From NCBI GenBank assembly GCA_034521025.1, contig JAXHMZ010000003.1:79726-143725 (forward strand): a stretch of DNA of 64,000 bases, read 5' to 3'. The DNA is from Candidatus Campbellbacteria bacterium. GTDB taxonomy: Bacteria > Patescibacteriota > Minisyncoccia > Phycocordibacterales > JAXHMZ01. Below the pieces are notes generated by a model. That model saw only the letters and a list, made by a program, of their open reading frames with translations. It did not search any database and had not been told where the DNA came from. Position 1 is the stretch's first letter. Each line of letters begins with the position of its first letter. Shown here piece by piece: positions 17,489-26,282 of this stretch. The position numbers were made by a program, and so were the translations under genes.

Positions 17489-18940
17489 TCAATGGAAAGA
17501 TTTTGCTTCAGTATCTTTCCTTTTTATAGAGATTCCGAGCTCCTTTAGTTGTTTTTCAGAAATTTCAGACGGCCCCTGCATCACGGAAGTATGCCCGCCT
17601 CTTGTCATAGGAAAGGCCTGAACTTCGCGTAGCGCATCTTCTCCTGAAAGGTTCATTATATTGCGCTCAATCCCTAAGGCGATACCTCCATGGGGCGGAG
17701 TACCGAACTCAAACGCCTCCAGCATATGCCCCACACTTTTTTCTATATAATCGTCATCCATTCCCATCGCTTTGTATGTAGCTCTCAGAACTTCAGGTTT
17801 GTGTGCACGAATACTTCCTCCGCCGGATTCAAAACCATTGCAGACCAAGTCATACTGCGTGGTTAGTATCTCCCCTATTTCATCAATGTCGCGAGGATTT
17901 TCACCGTTATCTACTCGCTCTGCGATCTTTAGCAAAGTTTCAACATGCTCTTCTTTTGGCTGAGAGAAAGGGTTGTGGCTAAAAGTCCAATCGCCATTAT
18001 CTGTTTTTTCGAAGAAAGGAAAATCTACCACCCAAGCATACGAAAGTATGCCTTTCTCTTTTTCTTCTTCTGTGCGCAGATCAAATTTGTCGTCACCAAA
18101 CCTATCGAGAGCTTCTTTGTAGCTTATGCGTGGGAATGGCTTTTCTTTTATAGAATATCCCATACTTTCAACTGTCTTTGTCATCATCTCTTCGACCAGT
18201 TCAATTACCTGATCTCTCGCCACGAATGACAATTCAATGTCAATTTGGGAATGTTCAAAGCCGCGATCAGCGCGAAGATCTTCGTCACGGATAGCGCGCG
18301 CTATTTGAAAGTATTTTTCAAACCCAGCGGTCATAAGTAGTTGTTTGTACTGTTGCGGTGACTGCGGCAAAGCGTAAAATTTACCTAAATGCAACCTCGA
18401 CGGCACCACAAAGTCTCTCGATCCCTCCGGTGTAGACTCGGTTAAAATTGGAGTTTCTATTTCGGTAAATTTTTGGCCAAATAGATATTCGCGACATTTT
18501 TGTACAAACTGACTGCGCAACCTTATATTCCTTTGCATCCTCTCGGATCGCAGATCCAAATAACGGTATTTCAAGCGTAAATTTTCGTCGATGTCCGACG
18601 TGTCTTCTGTTACATCAAAAGGAAGTTCTTTGGCTTTGCTTATTACTTCTATGTCTAGTAATTCAAGCTCTATTGAGCCGTTTAGGTCCTCCGTTCGCAT
18701 TTTTTCTGGACGCTCTTTAACTTTACCGCGAACCTCTACTGTCCACTGGTGTTTGACCTCCTTAGACTTTTCCACAGCCTCAGGATTTCCCGAATGAGCA
18801 ACCGCCTGCACAGTTCCGGTTGCGTCCTTAAAATCAAAAAATACGATCTTTCCTTGGTCGCGCTTCACCCAAACAAAGCCGTTAATAAAAACCTCCTCTC
18901 CCACATAGTCTTTTAGGTCTTCTATATATTTTCTTTCCAT
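17489..18940 (-). CDS. aspS: aspartyl-tRNA synthetase (short bacterial form lacking the GAD insertion domain; probably non-discriminating)
   Basis: 483 aa; OB-fold N-domain, class II motifs incl. QSPQQYKQLLM...FRDEDLRADRG (AspRS motif 2 type). Confidence 0.9.
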   Translation of the reverse strand: MERKYIEDLKDYVGEEVFINGFVWVKRDQGKIVFFDFKDATGTVQAVAHSGNPEAVEKSKEVKHQWTVEVRGKVKERPEKMRTEDLNGSIELELLDIEVISKAKELPFDVTEDTSDIDENLRLKYRYLDLRSERMQRNIRLRSQFVQKCREYLFGQKFTEIETPILTESTPEGSRDFVVPSRLHLGKFYALPQSPQQYKQLLMTAGFEKYFQIARAIRDEDLRADRGFEHSQIDIELSFVARDQVIELVEEMMTKTVESMGYSIKEKPFPRISYKEALDRFGDDKFDLRTEEEKEKGILSYAWVVDFPFFEKTDNGDWTFSHNPFSQPKEEHVETLLKIAERVDNGENPRDIDEIGEILTTQYDLVCNGFESGGGSIRAHKPEVLRATYKAMGMDDDYIEKSVGHMLEAFEFGTPPHGGIALGIERNIMNLSGEDALREVQAFPMTRGGHTSVMQGPSEISEKQLKELGISIKRKDTEAKSFH

Positions 18941-18961
18941 AGATATTTAATGTTGAATTTT

Positions 18962-19188
18962 AAAGCAAAAATCCGCCCCTTGATACAAACCGATGCTTTC
19001 GTTTTATATCCAAGGGCGGATTTTCCGCGGTACCACCTTGACTTCTCGCTCATTACAGCTGTTTCGGGCTTACCCGGAAGGATCTACTCTCACGCTTGCT
19101 AGTGATTTCTACCTTCAAGCTCGGTTAGAGTCAGCTAACCTCAAACGCTTATGCTCTCTTTAGCTTATGAGATTTTTGCGAAATACGC
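18962..19188 (-). promoter_or_regulatory. T-box riboswitch leader upstream of aspS
   Basis: minus strand contains AGAGAG, conserved T-box sequence AGGTGGTACCGCGG (plus 19025-19039) immediately 5-prime of a strong terminator hairpin AATCCGCCCTTGG...CCAAGGGGCGGATTTTTG; a GAC (Asp) triplet in a stem I loop. Confidence 0.7.
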
Positions 19189-19190
19189 AA

Positions 19191-19751
19191 CTACCCGCGA
19201 AGTACTTGCTGCGCAAATGACTTGACCGTCGCTCTAGAATCAGCGGCCTCGAACTCTTCAAGGATCTCTTCTGAGACGTTGATCCCTTCGAGAGCCCCGC
19301 GGGTGTTTTCACGAAGGTTTATATGACCCGGATTTATTTCAAGCGCTTCGAAGTACAGCTCGAGAGCTTTCTTGTACACCTCCTCATCGTCGGTTTCTCG
19401 CGCTCTTTTGTGGAGTGCAAGAGCGTAGTTGTATATAAGGGAAAAGTGCGTATTGTTTAGCTCGTACGCTTTCTCATAATAATCTATCGCCTCACTCACC
19501 CTGTCTCGTCCGACCAAAAGAAGAGCAAGATTAAAGAGCGCCTGAAAATTGTTCTCATCGAGAGCTATACACTCCCTGAGCGCCTCCTCCGCTTCTGCTT
19601 CATCTCCATGATTGATGTAATACATTCCAAGCAACAGCTTTCCAAGCGGCGAATCGTTCTCCGTAAGCGCAGGAATGTGTTCTTCAAATGTGTTTGTATC
19701 TGCGTGCGCGAACGCTTCAAAAGCACGCAACACTATATCGTTTGTTTCCAT
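19191..19751 (-). CDS. TPR repeat protein
   Basis: 186 aa; multiple 34-aa TPR-like repeats (A..Y..A..P). Confidence 0.75.
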   Translation of the reverse strand: METNDIVLRAFEAFAHADTNTFEEHIPALTENDSPLGKLLLGMYYINHGDEAEAEEALRECIALDENNFQALFNLALLLVGRDRVSEAIDYYEKAYELNNTHFSLIYNYALALHKRARETDDEEVYKKALELYFEALEINPGHINLRENTRGALEGINVSEEILEEFEAADSRATVKSFAQQVLRG

Positions 19752-19778
19752 GTTTCTCTAGCGTTATTATATACTCGA

Positions 19779-19806
19779 AATATATAATGATTTTATAATT
19801 TGTCAA
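19779..19806 (-). promoter_or_regulatory. sigma70-like promoter for TPR gene
   Basis: minus strand TTGACA-16-TATATT about 30 nt upstream of ATG. Confidence 0.4.
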
Positions 19807-19822
19807 TGACCAAAATCAGTCA

Positions 19823-19860
19823 ACCTGCCAGGTTGACTGATTTTTGTGCTACCCCGGTTA
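19823..19860. terminator. bidirectional intrinsic terminator at GC-island boundary
   Basis: AAAATCAGTCAACCTG-CC-AGGTTGACTGATTTTTG perfect 16-bp stem. Confidence 0.65.
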
Positions 19861-19988
19861 ATACTTCCAACCCGGTTTTGAATATAAATCACCCCGAACC
19901 AAAGGTCCGGGGTGTATGAAGAAAGGTCAACGTGCGACCACGACAATCGTCCTCCAGAAGGTGACAAACTCACTCTTCCACGTCAACT

Positions 19989-20402
19989 TCACCTCTTGGC
20001 TCGGTCGGCTACTAGCTTTTCCCAAAGGTCCTCGATATCGACCTCTGGAAGCAAGCCACTCAAAGCGGAGAAACGCCTGCTGGCGCCTCGGGCCTTGGCT
20101 ATATCACGATGCACGCGATCATGGAAGCCTACGTCCGTCGACACGAACGAAAGTAGTACCCCATAAGCCGCAGTCCATCCATCGGATTCCTCGTCGTACG
20201 TATCGAGTGCCTTGAGCGCTTCATCGATACGGTCGGCGTCTTCCGGTGGGAAGATCTCACGAGCAAACCTGCTGATGTCGCCAGGACCGCCGGCAAAGAG
20301 TGCGGGCCGTTCATCAAAGATGCAACGGAGGAAGATCAGTAATTGAAGCTGGAAGAGCTCAAGGTCTGAGTCTAGAGTGAGCTCTGGTGTTTCGGACGAC
20401 AT
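19989..20402 (-). CDS. hypothetical acidic protein (GC-rich island)
   Basis: 137 aa; own promoter and strong AGGAGG SD; approx 55% GC vs about 40% background. Confidence 0.5.
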   Translation of the reverse strand: MSSETPELTLDSDLELFQLQLLIFLRCIFDERPALFAGGPGDISRFAREIFPPEDADRIDEALKALDTYDEESDGWTAAYGVLLSFVSTDVGFHDRVHRDIAKARGASRRFSALSGLLPEVDIEDLWEKLVADRAKR

Positions 20403-20575
20403 GTATTCCTCCTATTTGAATTGAGGCTTCGCTACTCAACACCTCTTCGCCCAATGCGAGTGTGCCGTAGCAGAAAACTCTTCAACAGATTCGAGAAACT
20501 TAGGGCAATTCCCTAAAGTGAAGGACTTTCTGCTACGGCAGACACAGCGTTTCGAAGTTCGATTGATCTAAGTGT

Positions 20576-20604
20576 ATTATGCTATTATTTATTATTTTTG
20601 TCAA
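20576..20604 (-). promoter_or_regulatory. sigma70-like promoter for 19989..20402
   Basis: minus strand TTGACA-17-CATAAT; about 170-nt structured leader follows. Confidence 0.45.
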
Positions 20605-20638
20605 TGCTGTCCTGCGAGCTAGTAAGTGAGGTTAGATG

Positions 20639-21097
20639 TCAATCGTTCAAGCCGATCTGGAGATCATAGAGCTCGCGGTAAGTGCCGTTCTCTTTTTCAA
20701 TAAGTTCACCGTGCGTACCCTGCTCGACGATCGTGCCGGCCTTGAGTACAAGAATCTGGTCTGAGCGACGCACGGTTGAGAGTCGATGTGCAACGATGAT
20801 CGTGGTACGCCCCTCCATAAGTTCCTCAAGTGTCTCGGTCAGATCATGCTCGGTCTTCGCATCAAGCGCGGATGTGGGCTCGTCAAGGATAAGTATCGCC
20901 GGATCTTGTAGATACGCGCGCGCGATCGCCACACGTTGTTTTTGGCCGACCGAGAGCTTCACCCCTCGCTCGCCGACCAGCGTGTTATATCCGTCAGGAA
21001 ATCGCTGTATAAACTCATCCCCGTGCGCATATTTCGCTGCTTGCTCTACCTCTTCGCGCGTCACGTCCGGAGAGCCATACGCGATATTGTAGTGCAC
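20639..21097 (-). CDS. ABC exporter, C-terminal part of NBD (fragment after frameshift)
   Basis: 152 aa; YNIAYG..., LSGGQKQR signature, Walker B ILILDEPTSALD, H-loop. Confidence 0.8.
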   Translation of the reverse strand: MHYNIAYGSPDVTREEVEQAAKYAHGDEFIQRFPDGYNTLVGERGVKLSVGQKQRVAIARAYLQDPAILILDEPTSALDAKTEHDLTETLEELMEGRTTIIVAHRLSTVRRSDQILVLKAGTIVEQGTHGELIEKENGTYRELYDLQIGLND

Positions 21098-22311
21098 TGT
21101 ACTGAGTTAAAGAGTGCGATCTCTTGTGATACCACTCCGATCTGGCGACGCACGTTTTCAAGATCGATAGATCTCGTGTCTATTCCGTCAATAGCAACAG
21201 AGCCGGAGGTTGGGAAATAGAATCCCGCCACCAGATCAATGATCGTACTCTTCCCCTCACCGGAGCGCCCCACAAGTGCCGTTCTCGTGCCAGCCGGTAT
21301 AGTAAACGAAACATCAGTCAGTACTTCATTCTCTGTGTCATACGCAAATGAAGCATGGTCGAATACGATCTCGCCTCGCAAGGTCGGCGTCCCCGCTCCC
21401 TCCGGATGATAGATCTCTTGTGGCTCTTCAAAGATCTTTTCAGCCTCCAGAAGATTTGTCACATAATTCTGAAGCCATTGCCACATATCGTTGAATTCTA
21501 TGAATGGGCCATAGAGGAGGCCTGCATACGCATTAAAAGCAACAAGTTCACCAACGGAAATGACTCCCTGCGTTACAAAAATAATACCTAGAACGTAGAT
21601 CGCTATTTGCGTAATCAACACCAGCACTCGCTGAAAGAAGCTCATTCGCTCCCAGATACCGCGTATATGAAGAAATGTTCCCAATAGAGGTCCAGTAAAA
21701 TTATGTGCGATGGTATTCCCTTCCCGGTTTTCGTATGCGGCAATTTTTACCTCTCGCACTTGTGATATGACATTATAAACAGTACCGTGAGCTTCACGCT
21801 GATATTGGTGATATGAGCGCTCCAGTGGGGCGAGCGGAGCAAGCGTCGATCGGGCAACGACCACGTACATTGCTACGGAAACCACAAGTATCAGAGCAAG
21901 CCATACATTAATAAAGAATGCGAACGAAAATGCCGCCACGAGAGTCAGAAGTTTCGGCGCGATCTGAAGAATGTCCTGCGTCACGCTTTGCATCGTAAAC
22001 GCACCCATATTCATATTCTCCATCACTGAACCGAACCGCTGCTCTTTGTGAAATGACAGCGGAAGACGCAACAAATGATTATACCCCCGCACGCGAAAAC
22101 TGATCGACATACGCTCAGCGAGCGAGAGCGACCTGATCGAGAGCGCCCAGTCAACCGCGTACGTGACGAGCTGTATGACACACCACAGCGCAAGGATCAC
22201 AAATACGAACATCACTTCACGGCGAAAGTCCGACGGTAGATCGGCGATCGTCGTCGATGATGCGACCGGTGGTGATTGAATAAGCGCGTCCCAAGCGCGA
22301 AGTACGCCCAA
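21061..22311 (-). CDS. ABC exporter, TMD plus Walker A part (fragment before frameshift), MsbA/multidrug-exporter type
   Basis: 416 aa; 6-TM exporter domain then GRSGEGKST Walker A; TTG start; overlaps downstream fragment in another frame. Confidence 0.8.
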   Translation of the reverse strand: MGVLRAWDALIQSPPVASSTTIADLPSDFRREVMFVFVILALWCVIQLVTYAVDWALSIRSLSLAERMSISFRVRGYNHLLRLPLSFHKEQRFGSVMENMNMGAFTMQSVTQDILQIAPKLLTLVAAFSFAFFINVWLALILVVSVAMYVVVARSTLAPLAPLERSYHQYQREAHGTVYNVISQVREVKIAAYENREGNTIAHNFTGPLLGTFLHIRGIWERMSFFQRVLVLITQIAIYVLGIIFVTQGVISVGELVAFNAYAGLLYGPFIEFNDMWQWLQNYVTNLLEAEKIFEEPQEIYHPEGAGTPTLRGEIVFDHASFAYDTENEVLTDVSFTIPAGTRTALVGRSGEGKSTIIDLVAGFYFPTSGSVAIDGIDTRSIDLENVRRQIGVVSQEIALFNSVQCTTISRMALRT

Positions 22312-22435
22312 GAATCGGCAGAACTCACCGCACAGGTGTGTCGCGCATATAACGACCGATCAGGCGAACCCCTTGAATAATGGTTCGTCGATCTGTGGCA
22401 TTGTGTTCATGTGAATCGGCCACGATCCTTTTGGT

Positions 22436-23149
22436 TTACTCAGTCACCCCTATCGCACGACGTACTTCCGTCATTTTCTGTTCTGCCTGCTCGCTCGCCT
22501 TTTTCGCCCCAAGAGTGAGAACGTCGCTCACGTATGCTCGGTCTTTCAGGAGTTCGTTATATCGTTCACGAAGAGGTGCAAAATATTCTAATAATTTCAG
22601 AGCTAGCATCTTTTTTGAATCTCCATAACCGATTGAACCCTCGCGGTACTTACTCTCCAGATCTTCGATCTCTTCTTTTGACGATACAAGTTTATGAAGA
22701 TAATAAACGGTATCGGAATCAGGATCTAAGGGCTCACCAAGTGGCGTCGAGTCGGTCTGAATCGACATCACCGCGTCGCGAAGCTCATCGTCAGAACCAA
22801 AAAGCGGTATAACATTGTCATAGCTCTTGCTCATTTTGCGTCCGTCAATACCCGGGATCGTCTCAACGTCAGAGAGTATATGCGGCTCTGGGAGTTTAAA
22901 CGTCTCGCCATATGCGCGGTTGAACGCGTCCGCAGTGTCCCTCGCGATCTCGAGATGCTGTTTTTGGTCTTTGCCGACCGGAACTATATCAGCATCGTAA
23001 ATCAGAATATCGGCTGCCATTAACATAGGATAGTTAAACGTCCCTGCGTTTATTTCCTCCCCTTTTTCTTGCGCGTCTTTGTATGCGTGTGCCCGTTTAA
23101 GGTAAGAGATAGATGTAAGGCATTCAAATATCCAAGCGAGCTCTGTCAC
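22436..23149 (-). CDS. trpS: tryptophanyl-tRNA synthetase, C-terminal 237 aa (fragment)
   Basis: ELAWIF..., GKDQKQHLE, KMSKS; class I TrpRS. Confidence 0.85.
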   Translation of the reverse strand: MTELAWIFECLTSISYLKRAHAYKDAQEKGEEINAGTFNYPMLMAADILIYDADIVPVGKDQKQHLEIARDTADAFNRAYGETFKLPEPHILSDVETIPGIDGRKMSKSYDNVIPLFGSDDELRDAVMSIQTDSTPLGEPLDPDSDTVYYLHKLVSSKEEIEDLESKYREGSIGYGDSKKMLALKLLEYFAPLRERYNELLKDRAYVSDVLTLGAKKASEQAEQKMTEVRRAIGVTE

Positions 23150-23168
23150 CTCAGGAACGTCAGATTGT

Positions 23169-23411
23169 TTAAAAAGGGTTACTCTGTCCTTGGATCGAGT
23201 CCAACTGCAAGATACGCCGCCGCCACGTCAAAAGAGCTCTCCTTGCGAGCTTATCGGAACCACGAACGGTGGTTAGTGCGTGAAGGTCGGCAATAAAGAC
23301 AAGTGCATCATACTTGTCCTGCAGTTCTACAAACTGACGCATAGCACCAAAGTAATTACCTATGTGCAAACGCCCGGTCGACTTTATTCCTGAAAGAAGT
23401 GTTTTGCTCAT
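23169..23411 (-). CDS. trpS: tryptophanyl-tRNA synthetase, N-terminal 80 aa (fragment)
   Basis: MSKTLLSGIKSTGRLHIGNYFGAMRQFVELQ (HIGN motif); reading frame lost after ...HALTTVRGSDKLAR. Confidence 0.8.
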   Translation of the reverse strand: MSKTLLSGIKSTGRLHIGNYFGAMRQFVELQDKYDALVFIADLHALTTVRGSDKLARRALLTWRRRILQLDSIQGQSNPF

Positions 23412-23463
23412 TAGCTACAATAGTATCAAATTTACCTGCCGGAGTGGAGACAAATAATGTTTT

Positions 23464-24441
23464 TTATTTTTGCTCTTCACTTTGTTTACCTTGCTCCTCC
23501 TCTAGATCATCGAGGATTTTTTGGATGTCACCAGCCATAATACCCTCTATATTAGACCAACTTTTCTTGATCCTATGGTCGGTTACTCTATCCTGTGGAA
23601 AGTTATACGTACGTATCTTCTCCGAGCGATCCGCTGTGCCGATTTGATTTGCTCGGCTGTCGGCATGTTTCTTTTCTTCTTCCTCGCGGCGCAACTCCTC
23701 AAGGCGCGCCGTAAGGATCGATATCGCTTTTTCTCGGTTTTTTAGCTGACTCCGTTCGGCACGTGAAGAGACGACAATACCTGTTGGTTTGTGTGTAAGG
23801 CGTACAGCGGTCTCTACCTTGTTTACATTCTGGCCACCTGGTCCACCGGCGCGCGAAAAAGCGACTTCGAGATCCGACTCATCAATCTCAACCTGTGCTC
23901 TTTTCCGAATCGGCAGTATAGCAACCGAGGCAGTAGAGGTGTGTATTCGTCCCTGCTTTTCCGTCGCGGGGACACGCTGGACGCGATGCACACCGGTCTC
24001 GAACCGAAGCTGCCGATAGACGTCTTTGCCATGGATCTCAAACGACGCTTCTTTATATCCGCCCATCTCTGCGCGTGAGTCGTCGACCAAATTTATCGTC
24101 CATCCTTGATTGTCCGCGTGGGTCAGATACATCTGCGCAAGTTCTTCCGCAAACAACGCAGCTTCTTCACCGCCAGCTCCAGCTCGCACCTCAAGAACGA
24201 TCTCGCTGGGAAATTCTTCATCCTGTTCCTCTTCTTTGAGTATATCGTCCATTCGAGATAGAAGGTCTTCTTTCTGTGTGGCAATAGTGGACAAATCATC
24301 TTTAGCAAGCTCTAGTAGATCAGGGTCACTCCCTGCGCTTTCTTTCGTCTCGCGCTCACTTGTTTCCAAACGTTCATATTCTTCAGCCAAATATTTCGTT
24401 TTCTCGCTTTCTTTGTATTTAGTTAGGTCAGTATTTTCCAT
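23464..24441 (-). CDS. prfA: peptide chain release factor 1
   Basis: 325 aa; PAT tripeptide (RVQRVPATE) and GGQ motif. Confidence 0.9.
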   Translation of the reverse strand: MENTDLTKYKESEKTKYLAEEYERLETSERETKESAGSDPDLLELAKDDLSTIATQKEDLLSRMDDILKEEEQDEEFPSEIVLEVRAGAGGEEAALFAEELAQMYLTHADNQGWTINLVDDSRAEMGGYKEASFEIHGKDVYRQLRFETGVHRVQRVPATEKQGRIHTSTASVAILPIRKRAQVEIDESDLEVAFSRAGGPGGQNVNKVETAVRLTHKPTGIVVSSRAERSQLKNREKAISILTARLEELRREEEEKKHADSRANQIGTADRSEKIRTYNFPQDRVTDHRIKKSWSNIEGIMAGDIQKILDDLEEEQGKQSEEQK

Positions 24442-24487
24442 TTTATTTTGTATCTACAAAACAACCGATTATACTCTTAAATTACTT

Positions 24488-24523
24488 TTAATTAAAAAGT
24501 CGGCTATTGAAGAACCGACCTTA
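24488..24523 (-). terminator. intrinsic terminator downstream of rpmE
   Basis: minus strand AAGGTCGG-loop-CCGACTTTTTAATTAAAAG. Confidence 0.5.
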
Positions 24524-24533
24524 AAAATTATAT

Positions 24534-24803
24534 TTATTTGCCCGAGGCCTTTTCTTTTGCGGCTTCTTGTCGGCGTCGGAATTTATCAACTCGACCGGCA
24601 GTATCCATAACTCTCTCTTGGCCAGTAAAGAACGGATGCGAGGCACTAGAGATCTCTACCCGATACAGAGGATATTCTTTGCCATCACTCCATTTAGCTG
24701 TTTCTTCAGTATTTACGGTCGAAAGTATCAACCACTGATCCTTAGTTGAGGAGTCTTCGAAAATGACGTGTCGTACGTTTTCTGGGTGAATGTCTTTTTT
24801 CAT
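24534..24803 (-). CDS. rpmE: 50S ribosomal protein L31 (type B, no CxxC)
   Basis: start at MKKDIHPE (internal Met of longer ORF); L31 signature, lacks Zn-binding cysteines. Confidence 0.8.
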   Translation of the reverse strand: MKKDIHPENVRHVIFEDSSTKDQWLILSTVNTEETAKWSDGKEYPLYRVEISSASHPFFTGQERVMDTAGRVDKFRRRQEAAKEKASGK

Positions 24804-24851
24804 AACAAAATGGATACTACCACAGACTTTCGCAGCCCGCAATATTTATAC

Positions 24852-26186
24852 TTATAGTGATTCTAGGGTGTCGATCTGCGACTGTAAGCGCGAGGCAATA
24901 TTCATTACACTGTTGGCATAATTCACACCGCGAGTTTGCCAACCTCCTCCGGCGTAGTAGCGAGCCGCAGCTTCCCACTCGGCATCATATGTTCTTGCCG
25001 CAGCTCCCAGATCCTTGAGGAATAGCGACGAAGCCGTAAAGGCGTCACGAGGATTCCAAGGGTTAGAAGGAGAAACTCCTGTTACTGAAGATACACGGCT
25101 CTGGTACATCTCCCAAGTGGATGGGATAAATTGTGAAGGCCCCATGGCTCCTCCCCATCCAATGTTTCCTATAGGACAAGACAACGGCTGAGTGTTAGGG
25201 TCTAGGCCCAAACGATCCATAATACGCAGGTAAGGCGCATGATCTCTGTCCGGCTTCATAATTTCCTTCCAAGTTCTGTTTGGGGTTGAAGGCAAGTTAC
25301 AACGACCAACATTCTGCCCCAGGTTTGATTCTTGAGTTATTATCGCGAGTAGAAACGCAGGACGAACACCTGTCCCTTCCTCGGCTATACGAGCGTAATC
25401 TAACGCCTGTCCAAAGTTAATGTCGCCTGTATCTCTAAGTGAAAATAGAGCTGAACGTATTTCAGAAGCTCTCGCCTGACGCTCCGCAACTATCTCCTCA
25501 TAAGTTTGCTCTTTCTCCTTGCTTGCCGATAAAAGCTGCTCTTTTTGCTGTTGAGACACCTGGATCTTTTCTTTGCTCTTCTCTATTTGATAAGTAATAT
25601 TTTCCTGCTCATTCTTTACCATTTCCAACTTAGCCTTTTGTTCTGCAGCTGCCTCTTGATATTCAGCGATTCTTTCCAAGTCCTCCAATATACGCTGTTT
25701 AAGCGTTCTCAAGGAGTCCGAATCTTTAAAAAAGTCGGATAGATTTTCGTTAGCTAGAAAAACCTCGATCATAGAGCTATCGTCTACTTCCCTCATTTTT
25801 TGCAGCAACCTAGACAAAGACTCTTTTTCCCTTAAGGTCTTATCTTCTAGCTCAGATATAGTTTCCGCCTTTACTTGTATATCGTTAGATAATTGATTGA
25901 TCCGGAGCCTGCTAGCCTCTAACTGCAGTTGGGTTTCTCTAATTTGGGCATCAAGGACCGCAATTTCCTCTTGAATAGACGCAGATTGAGATCGTTGTTC
26001 CTGGAGCTCTTTCTTTTGCGAAGCTATTTCTTTGAGAACTTTTTCTAGTTCTGCCTGCAATTCACGCTCACGCTCGATCTTATCTGAATCAGTTTCTTGC
26101 GCTGAAACAGGCACCGCTGTAAACACCAGAGTTACTGTAATAGCTATTAATATGTATATGGGAACTTTCGCGAGCTTTAAACTCAT
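24852..26186 (-). CDS. secreted coiled-coil protein with C-terminal lytic transglycosylase (SLT/MltB-like) domain
   Basis: 444 aa; signal peptide, about 230 aa coiled coil, C-terminal TQESN...GAMGPSQFIPSTW motifs. Confidence 0.7.
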   Translation of the reverse strand: MSLKLAKVPIYILIAITVTLVFTAVPVSAQETDSDKIERERELQAELEKVLKEIASQKKELQEQRSQSASIQEEIAVLDAQIRETQLQLEASRLRINQLSNDIQVKAETISELEDKTLREKESLSRLLQKMREVDDSSMIEVFLANENLSDFFKDSDSLRTLKQRILEDLERIAEYQEAAAEQKAKLEMVKNEQENITYQIEKSKEKIQVSQQQKEQLLSASKEKEQTYEEIVAERQARASEIRSALFSLRDTGDINFGQALDYARIAEEGTGVRPAFLLAIITQESNLGQNVGRCNLPSTPNRTWKEIMKPDRDHAPYLRIMDRLGLDPNTQPLSCPIGNIGWGGAMGPSQFIPSTWEMYQSRVSSVTGVSPSNPWNPRDAFTASSLFLKDLGAAARTYDAEWEAAARYYAGGGWQTRGVNYANSVMNIASRLQSQIDTLESL

Positions 26187-26220
26187 ATGGTTTTATTACA
26201 AGTCAATTCTATCATGTATT

Positions 26221-26252
26221 TAAAAACGCTTCCAAGGGGTGGAAGCGTTTTT
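26221..26252. terminator. bidirectional intrinsic terminator downstream of rplY
   Basis: AAAAACGCTTCC-AAGGGG-TGGAAGCGTTTTT. Confidence 0.65.
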
Positions 26253-26282
26253 AAATAGAAGTCTAAATAGAGAGAAGTTTGG

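Noticed and set aside
19912-20215. Two overlapping plus-strand ORFs in the GC-rich island
   Set aside because: Antisense to 19989..20402; high-GC regions generate spurious open frames.
24110-24610. 166-aa Ser-rich plus-strand ORF
   Set aside because: Antisense to prfA; low-complexity artefact.
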